Source: Lingula anatina
Taxonomy: Eukaryota; Animalia; Brachiopoda
Assembly (NCBI GenBank): GCA_051362555.1
Contig: CM120640.1
Location: 16,058,001-16,122,000, forward strand
Length of the DNA stretch: 64,000 bases
Direction: 5' to 3'
The stretch's first letter is position 1; every line of letters starts with the position of its first letter. Shown here in pieces: positions 49,555 to 64,000 of this stretch. The notes below the pieces were generated by a model. The model did not search any database. It saw only the letters and a program-made list of their open reading frames with translations, and was not told the DNA's origin. The translations under genes were made by a program, and so were the position numbers.

Positions 49555-52500
49555 TCAAGAGGTGACCATAGCATTGGTGTTTCCGTTGTTTTGAACCTGG
49601 GGTTTCATTAGTCCTGTAGCCACAGCTGCCTCTTCAATCTAGAGAATAAAGACCTTCTCTGTAACCTTATGATACAAATATTTGTGACAGGTGCGCAACC
49701 TCTGCAAGCCCAATGATTTAAGATCTCATGAGGTTGTGTATTTGATCCATTGAGAACAACACAATCAACAAGTAATATAAAAAAATTTAAATTGATTTTT
49801 CTCTTTCGTTGGTAGAACCCTAGTCAAAAATTTTCACTCCGTTTCCTCTTTGGCTTACAACAAAAATTGTCAATACTGCTGAAAACCAAAATACTTTTTA
49901 AGTTCACAAGTACTTTTTTTTGTTCTGCACAATTCTGCAAAATTACAGCAAATGTCACTCTTTGGAAAGTTTAGAATTCAGTTGTTTGATTTGCCTATCC
50001 TTAGAAATAACCACACTCCTTCCCTTTATAAACCTGATCTCTGAAGATTACCTGTTTTAAGTAGTCATTACAGTCTTGTTTGGCCTGCATCAAGAGGTCT
50101 GCCTGGCCTTTGAGAACTCTGATATTCCAGGCAAAACTCTCCATGGCTTTATTAAGCTTCCTCGCCCTCAGTCCTGCCTGTTGACAAAGCATGTTTAACT
50201 CCTCATGCATCTCCAGACCTGCCTTCTGACTGTCACGCAGCTGAAAATTCAAAATGAAATGCTCATAATGAATAACGTAAATGTGACAGACACCACTGAA
50301 ATCCAAGCAGATTTTCAATCCTTCAAGGTGAGACTGAAATCCCAAACTAGCCAAGGCAGATTTAAAATCTGCCTGGCTATCAATCTGGTCTGTGACATAA
50401 ATATATAAGGTACGTGAGTCACCCCCTCCCCCCAAAAAAACATGTGAATTTTTCATATCGAATGTATGTAGATTGCATTATCTTACAAATGTACTCATAT
50501 AAATAATATAATAAAATGAGTCATGCCCACCCAGGTGTATGTGGTTGTATGCTACTGCTATATCATTATTTTCATCTTTTCATTAGTTAAACAATCTATT
50601 TTGTAACACTAATATTAAAAGTCACTGTAAAATACTAGAGGGTACTTGCAGTGAAAGAAATCATAACCAAGCACCAAAACGTATATGCAATTTTGTATTA
50701 CCTGTTGACAGACCTCTACTGCATTTTCCACCAAATTTCTGCATTCTGCCACTAGCTGAAACAACAACAGGGGGCACAGTTAGTAACTCTCTTCCTTATA
50801 AGCCCATCTATCAATGACTCAGACCAAACAAGAACCATGCAGAAATATTTTGGACATCAAATCATGACTGAAAATGCATCATTTTCATAATATAGATACA
50901 TCTGTGGTGCAATGTTATGCAGTAAACTTCGCCTCATTAAACAAGTACTGCCAATCTCATTTCAAAGTTTATCTGGCTACATAACAAAAAATAAACAGCA
51001 GCTAGAGACTCACCACGTCAAAAGCAACCACTGCCTTCTTAATAATGTCAGGAATATTGCTGTGGTTCTCAATATATGGCCACTGAAATTCAATTATACA
51101 TTCAATATTTAACTGATATTTTGTGATGAAAATAGTACCGAGTATGTAAAAACAGGTGTCTGTAAGAACAGGGGAACCTAGCAATGAATTTTAGAGGATT
51201 AGAAAGATATATCTAATAAGATATAAATATAAGTATATAGAAATATAAGTATCTGAATAAACAAATAATTAAATTATTGTATAAATGGGTGTTAAAGAAC
51301 AGGAAAATTTTTTTCAAAATCTCAGAATCAAAGACCTACCCCGTCTTTCTTAAGGATACATATGGATGCCTGGTCTGCAGAGCTCTGTATTCTGGAGGAG
51401 AGCACTCTGATACACTGTTTGAGGTTAGCTGTAGAAGCTTGACTGCAAGTTTCTTTGAAGGCCTCCAAGGCAATGAGGACACCATCCCGCAGGTCCGCAG
51501 CATCTGCAAGGCTCTGCACACCACTCTGGGAAGGCAATGAGTAAGCATTTTTAAGTTCAACTGATTATATTTCCTAAAATTTCATAGGCCAATACATACA
51601 AGAGGCAACATGGTAAAATGATAATAAAAATGTTAATGGTGAAATGTTATTTGAATCATTTGTGAGTTTTGTTTTCATTATTGTATACCAGTAGCCTTCT
51701 TTTACTTACCTTAAATGTGTCATCAATATTTTTCACCCCAGTGGTTTTCAGACTACAGTGATCACGCATTCGGCTTCTATTTTTCTTCACTGATGTTCCA
51801 CGCTTGGAAGATTTCTGTCCAAATTAAGACAATAAGTAGGAAAATGGAGTTACTTGTCATCATTACAAAGATCAAAACTTACATATGACACAATTTGGTA
51901 AAAAACATTCACACTGTAAACTTTTTGCACTCACCCCTCCACCACACTTGTCCGTAATTGCAATATGTACAAAAAGAGTGCAGTTTGGAATAACTTCACT
52001 GGTGTTGGAAAGTAGACGTATGTGCCGGTATCCTGAAAAACAAACAATACAGTTAATAGATATTCTGAAAGTCCAAGCAAATGACCATAGAAAGTTCACA
52101 TTTCCCAAGTGAGCCACAAGAAATGCATCTGTCAACAAAATGACAAAAAAAAAAAAAAATAAATAAATAAATAAAAATAAAAATTTAATTATGTGTTTGC
52201 TTGATTTCAATTTGGCATGTTTATAAGTCTTCATATGGGAGTTTACAGTCATATATTTTCCCAGATGCAATATCATAAACCAGACCCAATGGATGAAAGA
52301 AATCCAGGCAAAAATCTGAACCATAATAAGTTAACCAGAGTCACTGCCTGTGTGCTTACACCGCTCACCTGTCTGCATGCATTCAAATGGAATAGTATAC
52401 TGTCCAATAAACTCATCCCCTATGAAGTCATCATCAAGGACCACAAACCTCACCAAAGCCAGCTCAGGAAGGTTCACTTGAAACTCAAAACTCTCATCAA

Positions 52501-55500
52501 ACAGTGGGTTGTAACCTGGAAAACAAGGGTGAAGGGAAAGGATACAGTTTAACAATCAATCCATAAATGAAACAAATGTCACTTGAAATCATATTTCACA
52601 TCAGCATTTTTATGAAATGGTGTGGTTATGCTCCTTAATTTTATAAGATTAAATTAAACAGGTTCTTTGAAAATTTCAATAATTATTTCAGTTTTGTAAA
52701 ATTCCTTGAATTATAAATATTCAAAACCATGAAAATTTGGTTGCTTTTTTTAAACTATCTAATAGAAATTATACCACTATTTGCTGTAAAATAAGGACAA
52801 GACAGACATAACATGCGAATCAAGGGTAACATACCATTATGTGGAACAGTTTTGGTTCGCTCTTCTGCACAGTCAGCAGGAATACCGAATATTTCAATTA
52901 GCACATAGGGATCTGTAACATCCCCCTTTGCTCCAGAGCCTTTTGGCTTGGGAAATTGATGACCACTTATTACCTAAAACAAACAATAAATATATAAAAA
53001 TAAATAAAGTTATTTAGGAATTAACAAACTGCAAAGATAATGTGGTTATCTCCATAACTTTTTCTTATTACTGAAATGATTCACCACTAGCCTAACATGC
53101 CCCTTAGACCATATAAAGTGCATTCAGTCAGATCAATCAGCTCAATCAATCAATTCAAGCACATTAAAAACCCATCAGAGTGAACAAGAATCCAAAGATT
53201 TGTCATCTTTAAAACCAAGCCACATTTGTCTTCAGATTTAAGAAGCTGTCACTAGCTATTAGCCTTGCCAGGAGATAAGGAGGTACCTAGTTAGCTAGAG
53301 ACAAGCAGTAATCAATGCCTCAACCACACAGCAATGCACTCACAACCCTTACATCATATCACACAGTGACTTGCTGATTCAGGATTTTGGATGGAGGTCG
53401 CCACTTTTTTTTTTGTCTGTGTTCCTAACCTCAGTCACAGAATTTTCTGGGATAATAAATTGCAATTTGGACCAAGCACTTTTGTGGGACTCAAACAAGT
53501 CTCTTCTCCTTTTCTTGTATTTTGTAATTCCACTTCCAAAAAAGGACGCCTTAGTACATCCCTCTCCCCTATATCCACCTATGGACTCGTGCAATGTACA
53601 TCAGAGCTCAATAAAGATCTCATGTGAAATTAAAAAATGCTTTGTGTCCTAATAATGCTTATTCTGATAAACATCATTGTTAGAACAATTACAACCATGA
53701 TACAATCTTTAATAACAAAGGTGTCATACTGCTTTACTGTAATGGATAGTAACATTTTAACTGAATTCTCACATGGCATGCAATTACATTAAGATTGATA
53801 GAGTGTGCTATAAATAGTCATGTTGCTGTTACTTAACACCACTTAAAAGCTTGACTAGGAACTGCACTAAGTGGATATGTACATTAATCTAAACCACACT
53901 CTAAAACCCATTTACTAGGAAGAAAATTATGAACATACTAAAACTTGGGTTTTCATTTTCAATCTAAACAATGTTGCCTCAAATTTAAACAGTAAATAAT
54001 TACCATGTATGTACATAAGCAATTAAAAAAATAAACTAGAGGATCAGAGAGGCGATACCGCCTCCGAATATTGTACCACCAGCTGGAGCAAGCGCATTCA
54101 TATAGACCCCCACATACACAAAATAAGGAACACAGCCACCAGTTTTGTGCTTGACAAGCTGTAAAAATGCAATCAACAAGAATTTTCAAAATATGCAAAA
54201 AATATATATATAACTAAAAATGGTACAATCAAAGTTAAGTTCATCGTAAGGTAGGTCAAAGGTCAATTCCAAGGTCACAGTAAATTGCCAGTATATGACT
54301 TCCTATTCAACTTCAATAGTAACTACGGGCCTATCTCTGCCAGGTTTAGAGTTAAAAGAGAAAGAAATTAGCAGAGTTCAGTTCATGATAATAAGTAGGT
54401 CAAAGGTCAATTTCAAGGTCACACTTAGATTGCCAGTATATGACTTCCTATTCAACTTCAATAGTAACTATGGACGTATCTCTGCCAGTTTTGGAGATAA
54501 AGGGGAAGCAAAATATGCAAAGTTCAGTTCATGGTGAAAAGTAGGTCAAAGGTCAATTTTAAGGTCACTTTAAGATTGCCAGTATATGACTTCCTATTCA
54601 ACTTCAATAGAGACTATGGACCTATCTCTGCCAGTTTTGGAGATAAAAGGGAAGCAAAATTTGCAAAGTTCAGTTCATGGTGAAAAGTAGGTCAAAGGTC
54701 AATTTTAAGGTCACATGTAGATTGCCAGTATATGACTTCCTATTCAACTTCAATAGAGACTATGGACCTATCTCTGCCAGTTTTGGAGATAAAAGGGAAG
54801 CAAAATTTGCAAAGTTCAGTTCATGGTGAAAAGTAGGTCAAAGGTCAATTTTAAGGTCACATTTAGATTGCCAGTATATGACTTCCTATTCAAGTTCAAT
54901 AGAAACTATGGACCTATCTCTGCCAGTTTTGGAGATAAAAGGGAAGCAAAATTTGCAAAGTTCAGTTCATGGTGAAAAGTAGGTCAAAGGTCAATTTTAA
55001 GGTCACATTTAGATTGCCATTATATGACTTCCTATTCAACTTCAATAGTAACTATGGACCTATCTCTGCCAGTTTTGGAGATATAAGGGACTAAATGGTA
55101 TAATTTTGGAGTTACCATAATGTGCCATAAATTTCCTTCAGAAAAAATTAATTAAAATAAAGAAAAGGTCATTTTGGTCAAAATTCTTGAAATGGGAGGT
55201 GCTCTGAAGTTCCAGATGTTCAAATTTGATGAAATAATGTCATTTTTGACCACAAGTTGTCTGCTTTGCCAAGCCTTATGTTTTATTTTTCCGGAGTTCA
55301 AAATTTATTATCCATTACCGTACTGCACATTTTGCTTTCACCACCAATATGTACTTTTTGATACAGCGTAACTCGAAAACCGTATGGAATGCAAAAAAAC
55401 AGAGACCACCTTCAGTGTTGGGCTTTACATGCTCTACAAAATGCAAAAAAGAATGGGTCTCTAGCGTTAACGGTTCCCGAATTAGAGACAGTTTTCAGTT

Positions 55501-57797
55501 TCAATATCTTATGGCCGCTACTCTCGTGAAAATGCACCGATTGACCCCAAATTCACAGAGATGAAAGATGACCTGAAGGGTAACACTTTCCATTAATATT
55601 ATTAGTTAAGTCTGTGTGGTGTCTGAATAAGAGCGCAAATAATTTTTTTTTTCGGCAAAAATTTTGTTTTTTTGAAAATTTTGGCCCGTTTGACCTTGAA
55701 ATAAAGGTCAAAGGTCAAATCCAAGGGCATATTTGAAATCTACACATATGACTTTTGGAAAGCCGTCTGTAGAAAATTTTCCCATAATTCCTTCTGTAGG
55801 GTAGATAATTAGCATTTAATTTTGCCATTTTTGGACAAGGGTGCATTGCAATGAATGCCACACCTAGACCCCAATACCGACAAAGCCCAAATTTTACGTG
55901 GAACGAGTTGAGATTATACGTGACCTAAATCCAAGAGATGGGTATGGAGGTCTAGGAGGAGAAGCGGTAACGGTGACTTGGCGGCGGAGCCGCAGGAGCC
56001 GGCGGAACATACGGGTCGGGACTAAAACCATGTGTACCGCCAGCGCCTACGCTGGTGGTACAATAAATGAGAAGAATGATTTTAATTTGTAGACTGTTCA
56101 GAATAAGTTTTGTCAATCCAAGCTAATGCGCACTAACTCCATGGTTGCTCTAGCCGAATGCAATCAAATTAAGCAAAACTCACTCTGAATGGTCCCCAAG
56201 CCACCATACACTTACTCTAATATGAAGAACCTGTGGGGGGACCCCTGGTATGACATCTCTGGTATTGGCACTGAAGTAGGCAATTTCTTCACGCATTATT
56301 GCAGGTTTAATGACATAACCACAGCCTCCATTTTGAGCAAATTTTCCATCATAAAGGTCCATCATTAGTCCTCCTGTTTGGTAGTTTAAAGCCACTGTCA
56401 ATGAAAGAAATATCAACATCAACAATAATTTTCCTGGATAAATACTTGAATTCTTATTTAGTATGTACTGAATTCATTTCTATGTCCTTACAGTGAAAGG
56501 ATTTATAAGTTAAATATTCCAGATTTCTCTATAAACACATAGATTCACCAACTAACACTTTTTTTATTTACATTTCCCTAGGTCACCTCAAACATATTTC
56601 ATACCAAACCATTTCATGTTAAATACAGCACACTTCTACAACTACCACACACTGTCACACCTACCATATCTAGATCCCACCCACTCACCAAACACAACAA
56701 GAACAAACTCTACATGCTCCACAAACATATTTACCCTCACAACAATCTGTCATATCTACAGAGCAATGTCACACCTACCACAATGTCACATCTACCACAT
56801 CTACAGCACAATGGCACACCTAATACACTTGTGACTCCTCACATATCTAGAACACACCACCTAACCAAACACAACTAGCACAAACTGTACCTAGCTGACA
56901 GCCACAGTTCCACATGTCCTGTGGATTGTAGTTCCCAGAGTCCACTCTGGCACCATTGGGATAGACCCGAGACAGAAACCTCTTGTTGTGGTTCACAAAC
57001 TCTTCTGGAAAACTATTGGCAAGACGCAGGGCAAAACTTTCGCTGAAGGAGCACAGTTCCCATACATCCTCTGAAGGAACAAAAACAGTGATTGTCGGGA
57101 TAGCTGAATAGTACATAAAATATTTGTTTTCATACATTCAATGTATAGTTTGAAGCAGTGGAAATAAGGATTCATTATAAAGCTTTTTGTAAGTTAATAA
57201 ATACATAATCAATTTTTGAACAATATTTTGAAATTATGCCATAATGCCTTATAGTTATACTGTGAACAAACTCAAAAGTCAATGTGCCTTATCAGAAATG
57301 CCAAATCAAAAGAATGAGTGATTCCTACGGTGTGCTAAAAAATTCTAAGGCTCTTTAATGTGCCCAGGTTTGCTTACGTTCATCTGCTGCCGTCTCAAAA
57401 TCTGTAAACCTGACTGATTGACACCAAGACACCAGATCTGAGAGCTCCTTGGAAAGCAGGTACTTCCTTATAGCACCCTCTGGTGGCTGCAATCATATTG
57501 AGAAAAAACTAATACGTATATATTACTTTGCTGCAGTTGGCTACAACTGCAAAGTACTAGCTGCAATTACACAATATATGCACATACAAAAAGAAAAAGA
57601 AATACAGCTATAAATATGCAGTTCTTTTGCTTACCCCTCAAAAATTAAGAAAAACAGAAATACTGTCATAAAAAAAGGTGACATTACATGCGTCACCAAC
57701 AGAGGATCAATAACTTTCTAAAAAAAATTAGTCTATTTCCTGTACTCAGTAATTGTTTGGAATGTGATGCATAGACTACATTTTATTTCTTTATCAG

Positions 57798-57840
<43 letters not shown>

Positions 57841-57974
57841 AGGGGGGCAGGAGAGTAGGCATGACTTACTCTTTTATTATTTTTCTTCCTATTGTCAGTG
57901 GATTCAGCACCTTCATCCTCCTCCGTAACCCAGCCCTCAGAATTATCAGAGTCCAAGGGGAGTTTCTTGCACTA

Positions 57975-58017
<43 letters not shown>

Positions 58018-61000
58018 TAATAATAATTCATGCAATAAATTATACCCAGTATAAGTAAAACCAAATTTACCTAGTATAAATTTCTCTATATTTAATGACC
58101 CTGCATTGCGATGTAGTATATGGTATAGTGAACCAGTTATAACATTTCAAATATCTGCAAGATTCCAATTTAATTGGAAATATGTTGAGGAAAACCATGA
58201 TATCCTACCCTTATCAGCAGCTGAAATACTATTGCTCTTAAGCATTTACAACAACCTCTTCATTAGAGATAATATTAAGTACCAGGTCTTGAAAGGAAAA
58301 GGGGAATGACTTGGAAATGCTTTACCCACAGCACAGCAGTTAGAGACCTGAACCCAGAGAAATGAGTTATTTGTGTGCAGTTTCCTCCATAAGTCACATC
58401 ATATTACCAATCTCATTTCAAAAATAATTGCATGGAAATGTACAAAATGCCCCCCGAGTACCCAACTCCGGCAACTCTAAATTAAATATCACAACCTTGA
58501 CATTATAGACCCCCAGAACTAAGAGCATCTTTTCCGTTCTCTTTTCAATGCATGCCTTTCCAATATCCATGGAAATAACCCCAAATCCTGAGTCACTGGT
58601 TAAGTGTGCGCCCTGGGGGAATAAACCCATCACCTCAGTTGTTGACATTCAGCAGGTGTGTGCCCTGGAGAAGACAGGATGAAGAGAGGGACTACCCAAG
58701 TGGATTACTGTGCTCTACACTAGAAATAATTTTTTGTGGGGCAGAAAAAATTGTTGGTTGTTTTGGTGCAGATTGAAGTGGTGCTAGCTGGCAGTTTCAC
58801 GGTTTATAGGGACAACCAATTGATAGAACTCGATTGACACCGCTGAAACTTGATAAAACATGCAGATTGAAAAATTCCAGTTATGTGTATACAATCTTAT
58901 TTAAAATGATGGAAAATGAAATCACAGGACTGAGTTGTGAATGCCCTGGATGTGGGCATAAATCTTTGATAGGAGGACTAAATTAAATTGTAAATTTTTA
59001 ATTAAATGTACCATAGCAATGGATATTTTCCATGGATATCTGTATCCATTACACCATGGTTTTTGAAGTCTCTACAAAACATGGCTTTTGAACACCAAAA
59101 AGTATAGGATATATTTTTTGCCAAAGGATACTTCTTGATATCCTACATCTGCCAATTCACGTTATTGATATTGCATTTAAATCTGGTCTATCATACTGTC
59201 TATGGTAGTTGACCAACTATAATGCAGGTTCCTTCAACTATTAGATCTCACAAATAAAATATCTGTTTTGCAATTTTTGCTTCAATTTAAGTTCTCTGCA
59301 CAACTTGCATGTGACCCCACTTGCCCTGTTGCCCAACAAAACTCAGGTGTGCAGTAATAACATGTAGTCCTATGGGAGGAAGAAAGTTAGAATTACAATG
59401 TTTTCTGATCATATGTTCATCATTAAGTCTGGGTCTTGACATATTTGCTCACACAAAGTTTTAATAAAATACTAAGAGGGGGAAAAGATATCACAAGAGA
59501 GCAGCACCAAATTATACTGTTCTGACCTCAGCATCCCTCTGAATCAATCTAGGACTTAGTGCATGTATGCTATATATCACTATGGACTTTCATTACATAT
59601 ACCAGGGTTCACAAACTGTTGCTGCAAATAAGGTCCATTACTCTTCCTCTGAACACCGTCGACAAGGGCAATGTTACGTTTAAAATCTAAATCGATGTTT
59701 TACCTCACCAACTGCAAATTTACAAGGGCAATAACCGGTGAGGGGTACTTGATGCCTTCCCATTGATCTGACACTAATAGTGTTAGCAAATTTTACACAC
59801 AAAGGGCAGTGCAAACGAGACATTATCAGCACATGTCCTCCTGGGCCCTCCTTCTTTCTTGTTTGCATCATTATTGATTACAGAGACACTGTGTTGTCAA
59901 TGTGAGAGAAAAAAAAGGAGTAGGAATCTATGAACTATAGTACCTTTCTCCCCATCATCAATCTAATACAAGTCAAATATCATCTTTCTCATCCAGACAC
60001 CAAAATCTATGAAATTTCGAGTGCATTTTTCGCATATACTTTTCTCTACATTCCCTACCCTATGTACCTTTATAAGGATTTTTCCCTTTAGTTCTTCTGG
60101 TGAAGGCAATTGTATAGCATTCTCATCTGTAGGTTTAGCATACAGTTTGTCTCCAAACACTGCCTTCATATAGTGCACCATGGCCTGCTGGAGCTTGATA
60201 CAGCAGTGGTTTTCAATGGCAAGAATCACAGGGTACCTAGAGAAGCCAGAATGGGAGGGTATGAGTTGACAAAATAAAGAAAAAGTGTATGCAATATGAT
60301 GCTGCAAGAAGTTAAAAAAAATTGTAAAGCCTAAAAAATATGCATGGAAACCAAGAAATATCCCAAGGGTATCATTATGATAATGCACCTTTCACTCTTA
60401 AACCCCTCCAATCTTTACTTGGTAAAAAGAGTTTGCTTCAGATTTGGGTTCTTTCCGTATCATTGTACACAAACAATTAAGTACAGAGGGCAAACTCACA
60501 CAACACCAATGCTGAGTACATTACAGCAATTGCAATTACATTAGAGCTCCAAGGACGGCATAAGGAATTGGATTCAGACGGTTAATTGTAAAATTCCATG
60601 ACCTGATGCAATATCTCAGGACAAAAATCAGTAGGTGGTTAACAAAATCAATACACAGGCACTCTCACACCATCCCTTTTATCTAAGATCTAAAATGTAA
60701 TAACTAGATAGGTCTTGGTCTGATTTGATCATCTAGTGCAGTCTTTACAAACTATTCACTGATCTTGATAACATGGCCAAGGACTATAATAAAGTTTATT
60801 GTTATATTAAAAGGAAACACCACATTCAAATGAAAAGGAGCATACTTTGCTTCATATCTGCAATTTGTGTCAAGTACATTTAATTTGCCATCTTTGCCTA
60901 CTGAGAACAATTTTTTAATGGAATATTTCACCACAGCCATCTGATTCAAATTAATTTTTTAATGTACGGGTTTTACCCAACTTGGTATGTCAAAATAAAA

Positions 61001-63613
61001 AATATAGTACTAAAAACAGAGATCCACTCACTCTGATGCTTGGAAAGCATATTGGTTGATGGTATCTATCACAGATTTGAAGGAAACTTTGGAGGTGAGA
61101 GTATGGCCATGGTAGATCACTGGTTCATCATCGGGACCATCCCATGTGTCCACTGAAAAGAGAAATATAATAATATATTTATACACCACCTTCATTACTG
61201 GCATCTTTCACAATGACTATTATCCAACAATAATATCTATTTGAATATCAGTGCCTTTTAAAAATGACCATATAAGTTTATATTAATTTTTGCTTTTGAT
61301 ACCTTTTACAGTGATTATTACCAAACAAAACATGTTGTATTATAGAACATAAACTATCACTAAAATATGTAATAAGCAAACCACAGGGAGAAGACTTTTT
61401 GTCTCCCGAAAAAGTTGGAAATCTGCTGATTGTTGGAAAAATCTATTTAATGCCAATGATATTTTTGACTCCCAAAAAGACGGAAATCTGCTGATAATTG
61501 GAAAAATAGTTCTCTAATATGTGATCATATTTTACAGAAAGCATTTACCTTAATAGCACCATGAATATAAGCACTGTAGGCAGGCTCATTTAGTTATACA
61601 ATTTGTTTACTGTCAGGTAATCATTATAATGGAAATAAAACAGTTTACTTACTGCTTTCAAATGTCATATCAATATATTTTCAGAGGAAAATTGCAGCAC
61701 ATTTGTAGTCATGATAAATGAGGTGTTTAAAATAGTGCGGCAAAAAACCTCCAAGGACGATCTAAATTGAGATTGATGGTTTCTTTGAATACACCTAGTT
61801 CAGTGCAGAAATGCCAACACCTATAAGTGGCACATGGATATTTGATCAACGGCAACTGAAGTGGTCCCATTTTAAATATTCTTCTCTCTTACCTTTAGAA
61901 GTTTCCTACCATAGCGTTTTTAATTATTTTTTTTGTTAAATTTATCCAAAAATATTCAATTTAAGCATATTCAGGAAATAACTGGATAAAAACATTTGAT
62001 TGCCGTTTGCAATGGTGCATTTTAGAATGGAAGTTGATCTATTCTGCACTGTTACACAATTTCTGCTCAAAAGGCAGGTTTTCAGTTCAAAGTAACCATG
62101 CCTCAACAACAAAAAGTTTATAGAAAGAATAACATGAAGAAAACAGAGACCAGTGCACCAGAACCATTGTTAGCTATTTTGTTCTTTCTATGTTGTCAAG
62201 GCAGCATATCAGATACTTGTTATATATCTTAAAGTCAGGCAAAAATGCAACTAGAGAATGCTGTAAGCTTTACATAAATCCCTGACATTTTATAAGAAAA
62301 ATAAGCTTCCGGAGGAAATCACTTCTCTACTTACACTCCAAGCATCTGCAACCCTTTTTTAATGCCCTTTCATATGCCTCTGTGCTAGAAGGGCCCTTAA
62401 GCTGATCTTCTAGCAAATATCTAAATTGAAGGGAAAAAAACTTAATGTAACAGTAAAAAAATGCAAGTGATTACATTAGTCTGCAGTTAAATAATATCCA
62501 TAATTAAATAACACACTCATAATGGATATATTCAATTAGCATGAAAGGTAATGTGAAGAAAACTTGATTTTCAGGTAATTTTCTTGATTATTTTTAGCTT
62601 GTAATATATGTCTGATGGTTTAAGAGGATTCAATCTACAAATTGCCTTATTTTTGAGCATTAAATGTAATCACAGAAAAACTTTAATTCTACGGCAGCCT
62701 TTCAAGCAACTAGTAAAAGTACGATCCTGTCAGTTTAAATAAGAAATATACATTTGATACTTTTATGAACTTGAGATTGTGCCCGCATGCAATTGTTTTG
62801 GCAGAATAAAAAAAATAATGCAATTTCTGAGGCCTGATTTTGAAAAGTCGTAATTTTTGGGATATGTGTAGACTGCTTAAATTGGATAGCCAATTACACA
62901 AAGTCACAATGGAATATTGGTCTTTTTAATGAAGGCATTTGACATAGCTAAATCAGCTACTGTCACTACTGAGAGCAAAAACCATCCTCAACAAAATCAC
63001 AATTTCCTCAAAGGGCTTATTTAAAAGACCTTTTTAAAACTGTTTAAAACCTTTTAAATTGTCACAGATTAAACTTTTCAATTTCAACACAAATTTTGAA
63101 AGCTACTGTACCTCAGAGCTAACATTATGGTATTGTGTCAGATATGTGATAGGTTATATCTCCCACATAGTTTTTTGAAGGATGATCTTTTGAACAGTCA
63201 CAGAAAACATTGTTTTCATAGATAGGAAGTTCAAATAGTTGGGCAAAAGCTCCCGAAGGTAAAGCTGCTTTTAAAATGTGTATAGAAATTGAGAAATTTA
63301 ATCTTTGACAATGAATTCATACATTATCAAGTTATGTTAAATTGATGGTATGAAGCTCTACAAATCACACACTTTTACAGAACCTTTAAGATCCTTTTTC
63401 AAATGCAGCTTAATCACCCAAGCCTTAGCAGGCTCAGGTTTTAGGCCAAAAATGACCTAGGTCTTTTGTGAAATGGTCCCCTAACTAATACTTACGTATT
63501 ATGCGATGTTGCAATAAAATAATGGGACAAGGGGTGAGCCATGTCCTGACAAACTTTGCGATGTTCTGGGTCAAAGAGATCACAATCTTCTGATAACAAA
63601 TATGCAGTAAAAC
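49555..63613 (-). CDS. PLCL2: Phospholipase C-like protein (PLC-L/PRIP family; X-box, Y-box, C2, C-terminal helical region); 5' exons lie beyond the window end
   Basis: Exons 63613-63496, 62420-62335, 61152-61032, 60236-60068, 57971-57870, 57486-57378, 57070-56891, 56394-56216, 52973-52835, 52515-52369, 52032-51935, 51814-51710, 51525-51340, 51082-51014, 50755-50702, 50240-50052, 49638-49555. PLCL-diagnostic segments include [52 protein letters not shown] and [17 protein letters not shown]. Probably co-orthologous to PLCL1 and PLCL2. Confidence 0.9.
54036..56063 (-). mobile_element. HINE copy C (complete, ~6 satellite units, no nested MITE) in a PLC-L intron
   Basis: Both termini are present in reverse orientation: CTAGAGGATCAGAGAGGCGATACCGCCTCC at 54036 and ..GCTGGTGGTACAA ending at 56063. 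146-bp units span ~54240-55085. Confidence 0.92.
57801..58012. repeat. (AG)n and (AAT)n microsatellites flanking PLC-L exon 57971-57870
   Basis: (AG)n at ~57801-57835 and (AAT)n at ~57975-58012. Confidence 0.9.
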
Positions 63614-64000
63614 CTGGAAAACAATGCTACATAGTAATCTCATTAGAGTGAATGCTGTGGTTCCTTTTTATTTTTCTTCTCTCTTTTATCTATTATTAAT
63701 TATTTTGTTCTTTTTTAACTGAAATTATTTATATGTTCTGCACAAAACAAAGATTCTGTCCTCCCTTAACATCAAACAAAATCAATCATTTATAAATCCA
63801 TTTGTTTAAGGAAAAAAACAAACATTAAAGCCACATAAAGAACACAACATTATATCAATTACTAAAGAAGTCTTTTTTTCTCTTTTATTTTCATTTGTTC
63901 TCTTTGAAATAATTATTTCACCAATGAAAAATAATGCAGTGTTGCAGTACAGTAGAAATCATAATGATATTTACCATCAACTGCAAGCTGTCCTTTCTGC

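Noticed and set aside
56620-56880. CA-rich ORF ([17 protein letters not shown]..) suggesting a His/Thr-rich protein
   Set aside because: Degenerate low-complexity intronic repeat antisense to PLC-L, with no splice or domain support.

Overview
AT-rich, intron-rich eukaryotic (animal) DNA, most consistent with a marine invertebrate such as a mollusc; the taxon is inferred. By manually joining exons at GT/GC-AG boundaries I reconstruct five host genes. (1) LMBRD2 (minus, 3'-truncated by the window). (2) CRCP/RPC9 (plus). (3) An 18-exon SLC26/prestin-like anion transporter with a long C-terminal tail (plus). (4) A ~903-aa type I receptor joining a TNF-receptor cysteine-rich ectodomain to an UNC5/PIDD-type ZU5-UPA-death domain tail (minus); most of its diagnostic exons are absent from the ORF track. 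(5) A PLC-L/PRIP-family phospholipase C that keeps its catalytic residues (minus, 5'-truncated). Mobile DNA includes three copies of a Helentron-associated non-autonomous element (HINE/DINE-1 type) carrying a 146-bp satellite rich in nuclear-receptor half-sites. There is also an IS3EU-like MITE nested in one copy, a PIF/Harbinger MITE, and a decayed P-superfamily transposase with a convergent second ORF between diverged inverted repeats. The best candidate for an undescribed system is the TNFR-ZU5-UPA-DD receptor, which has a putative autoproteolytic HF|T site and an NF-kB/AP-1/ETS promoter. All gene models are by-eye predictions without transcript or database support.
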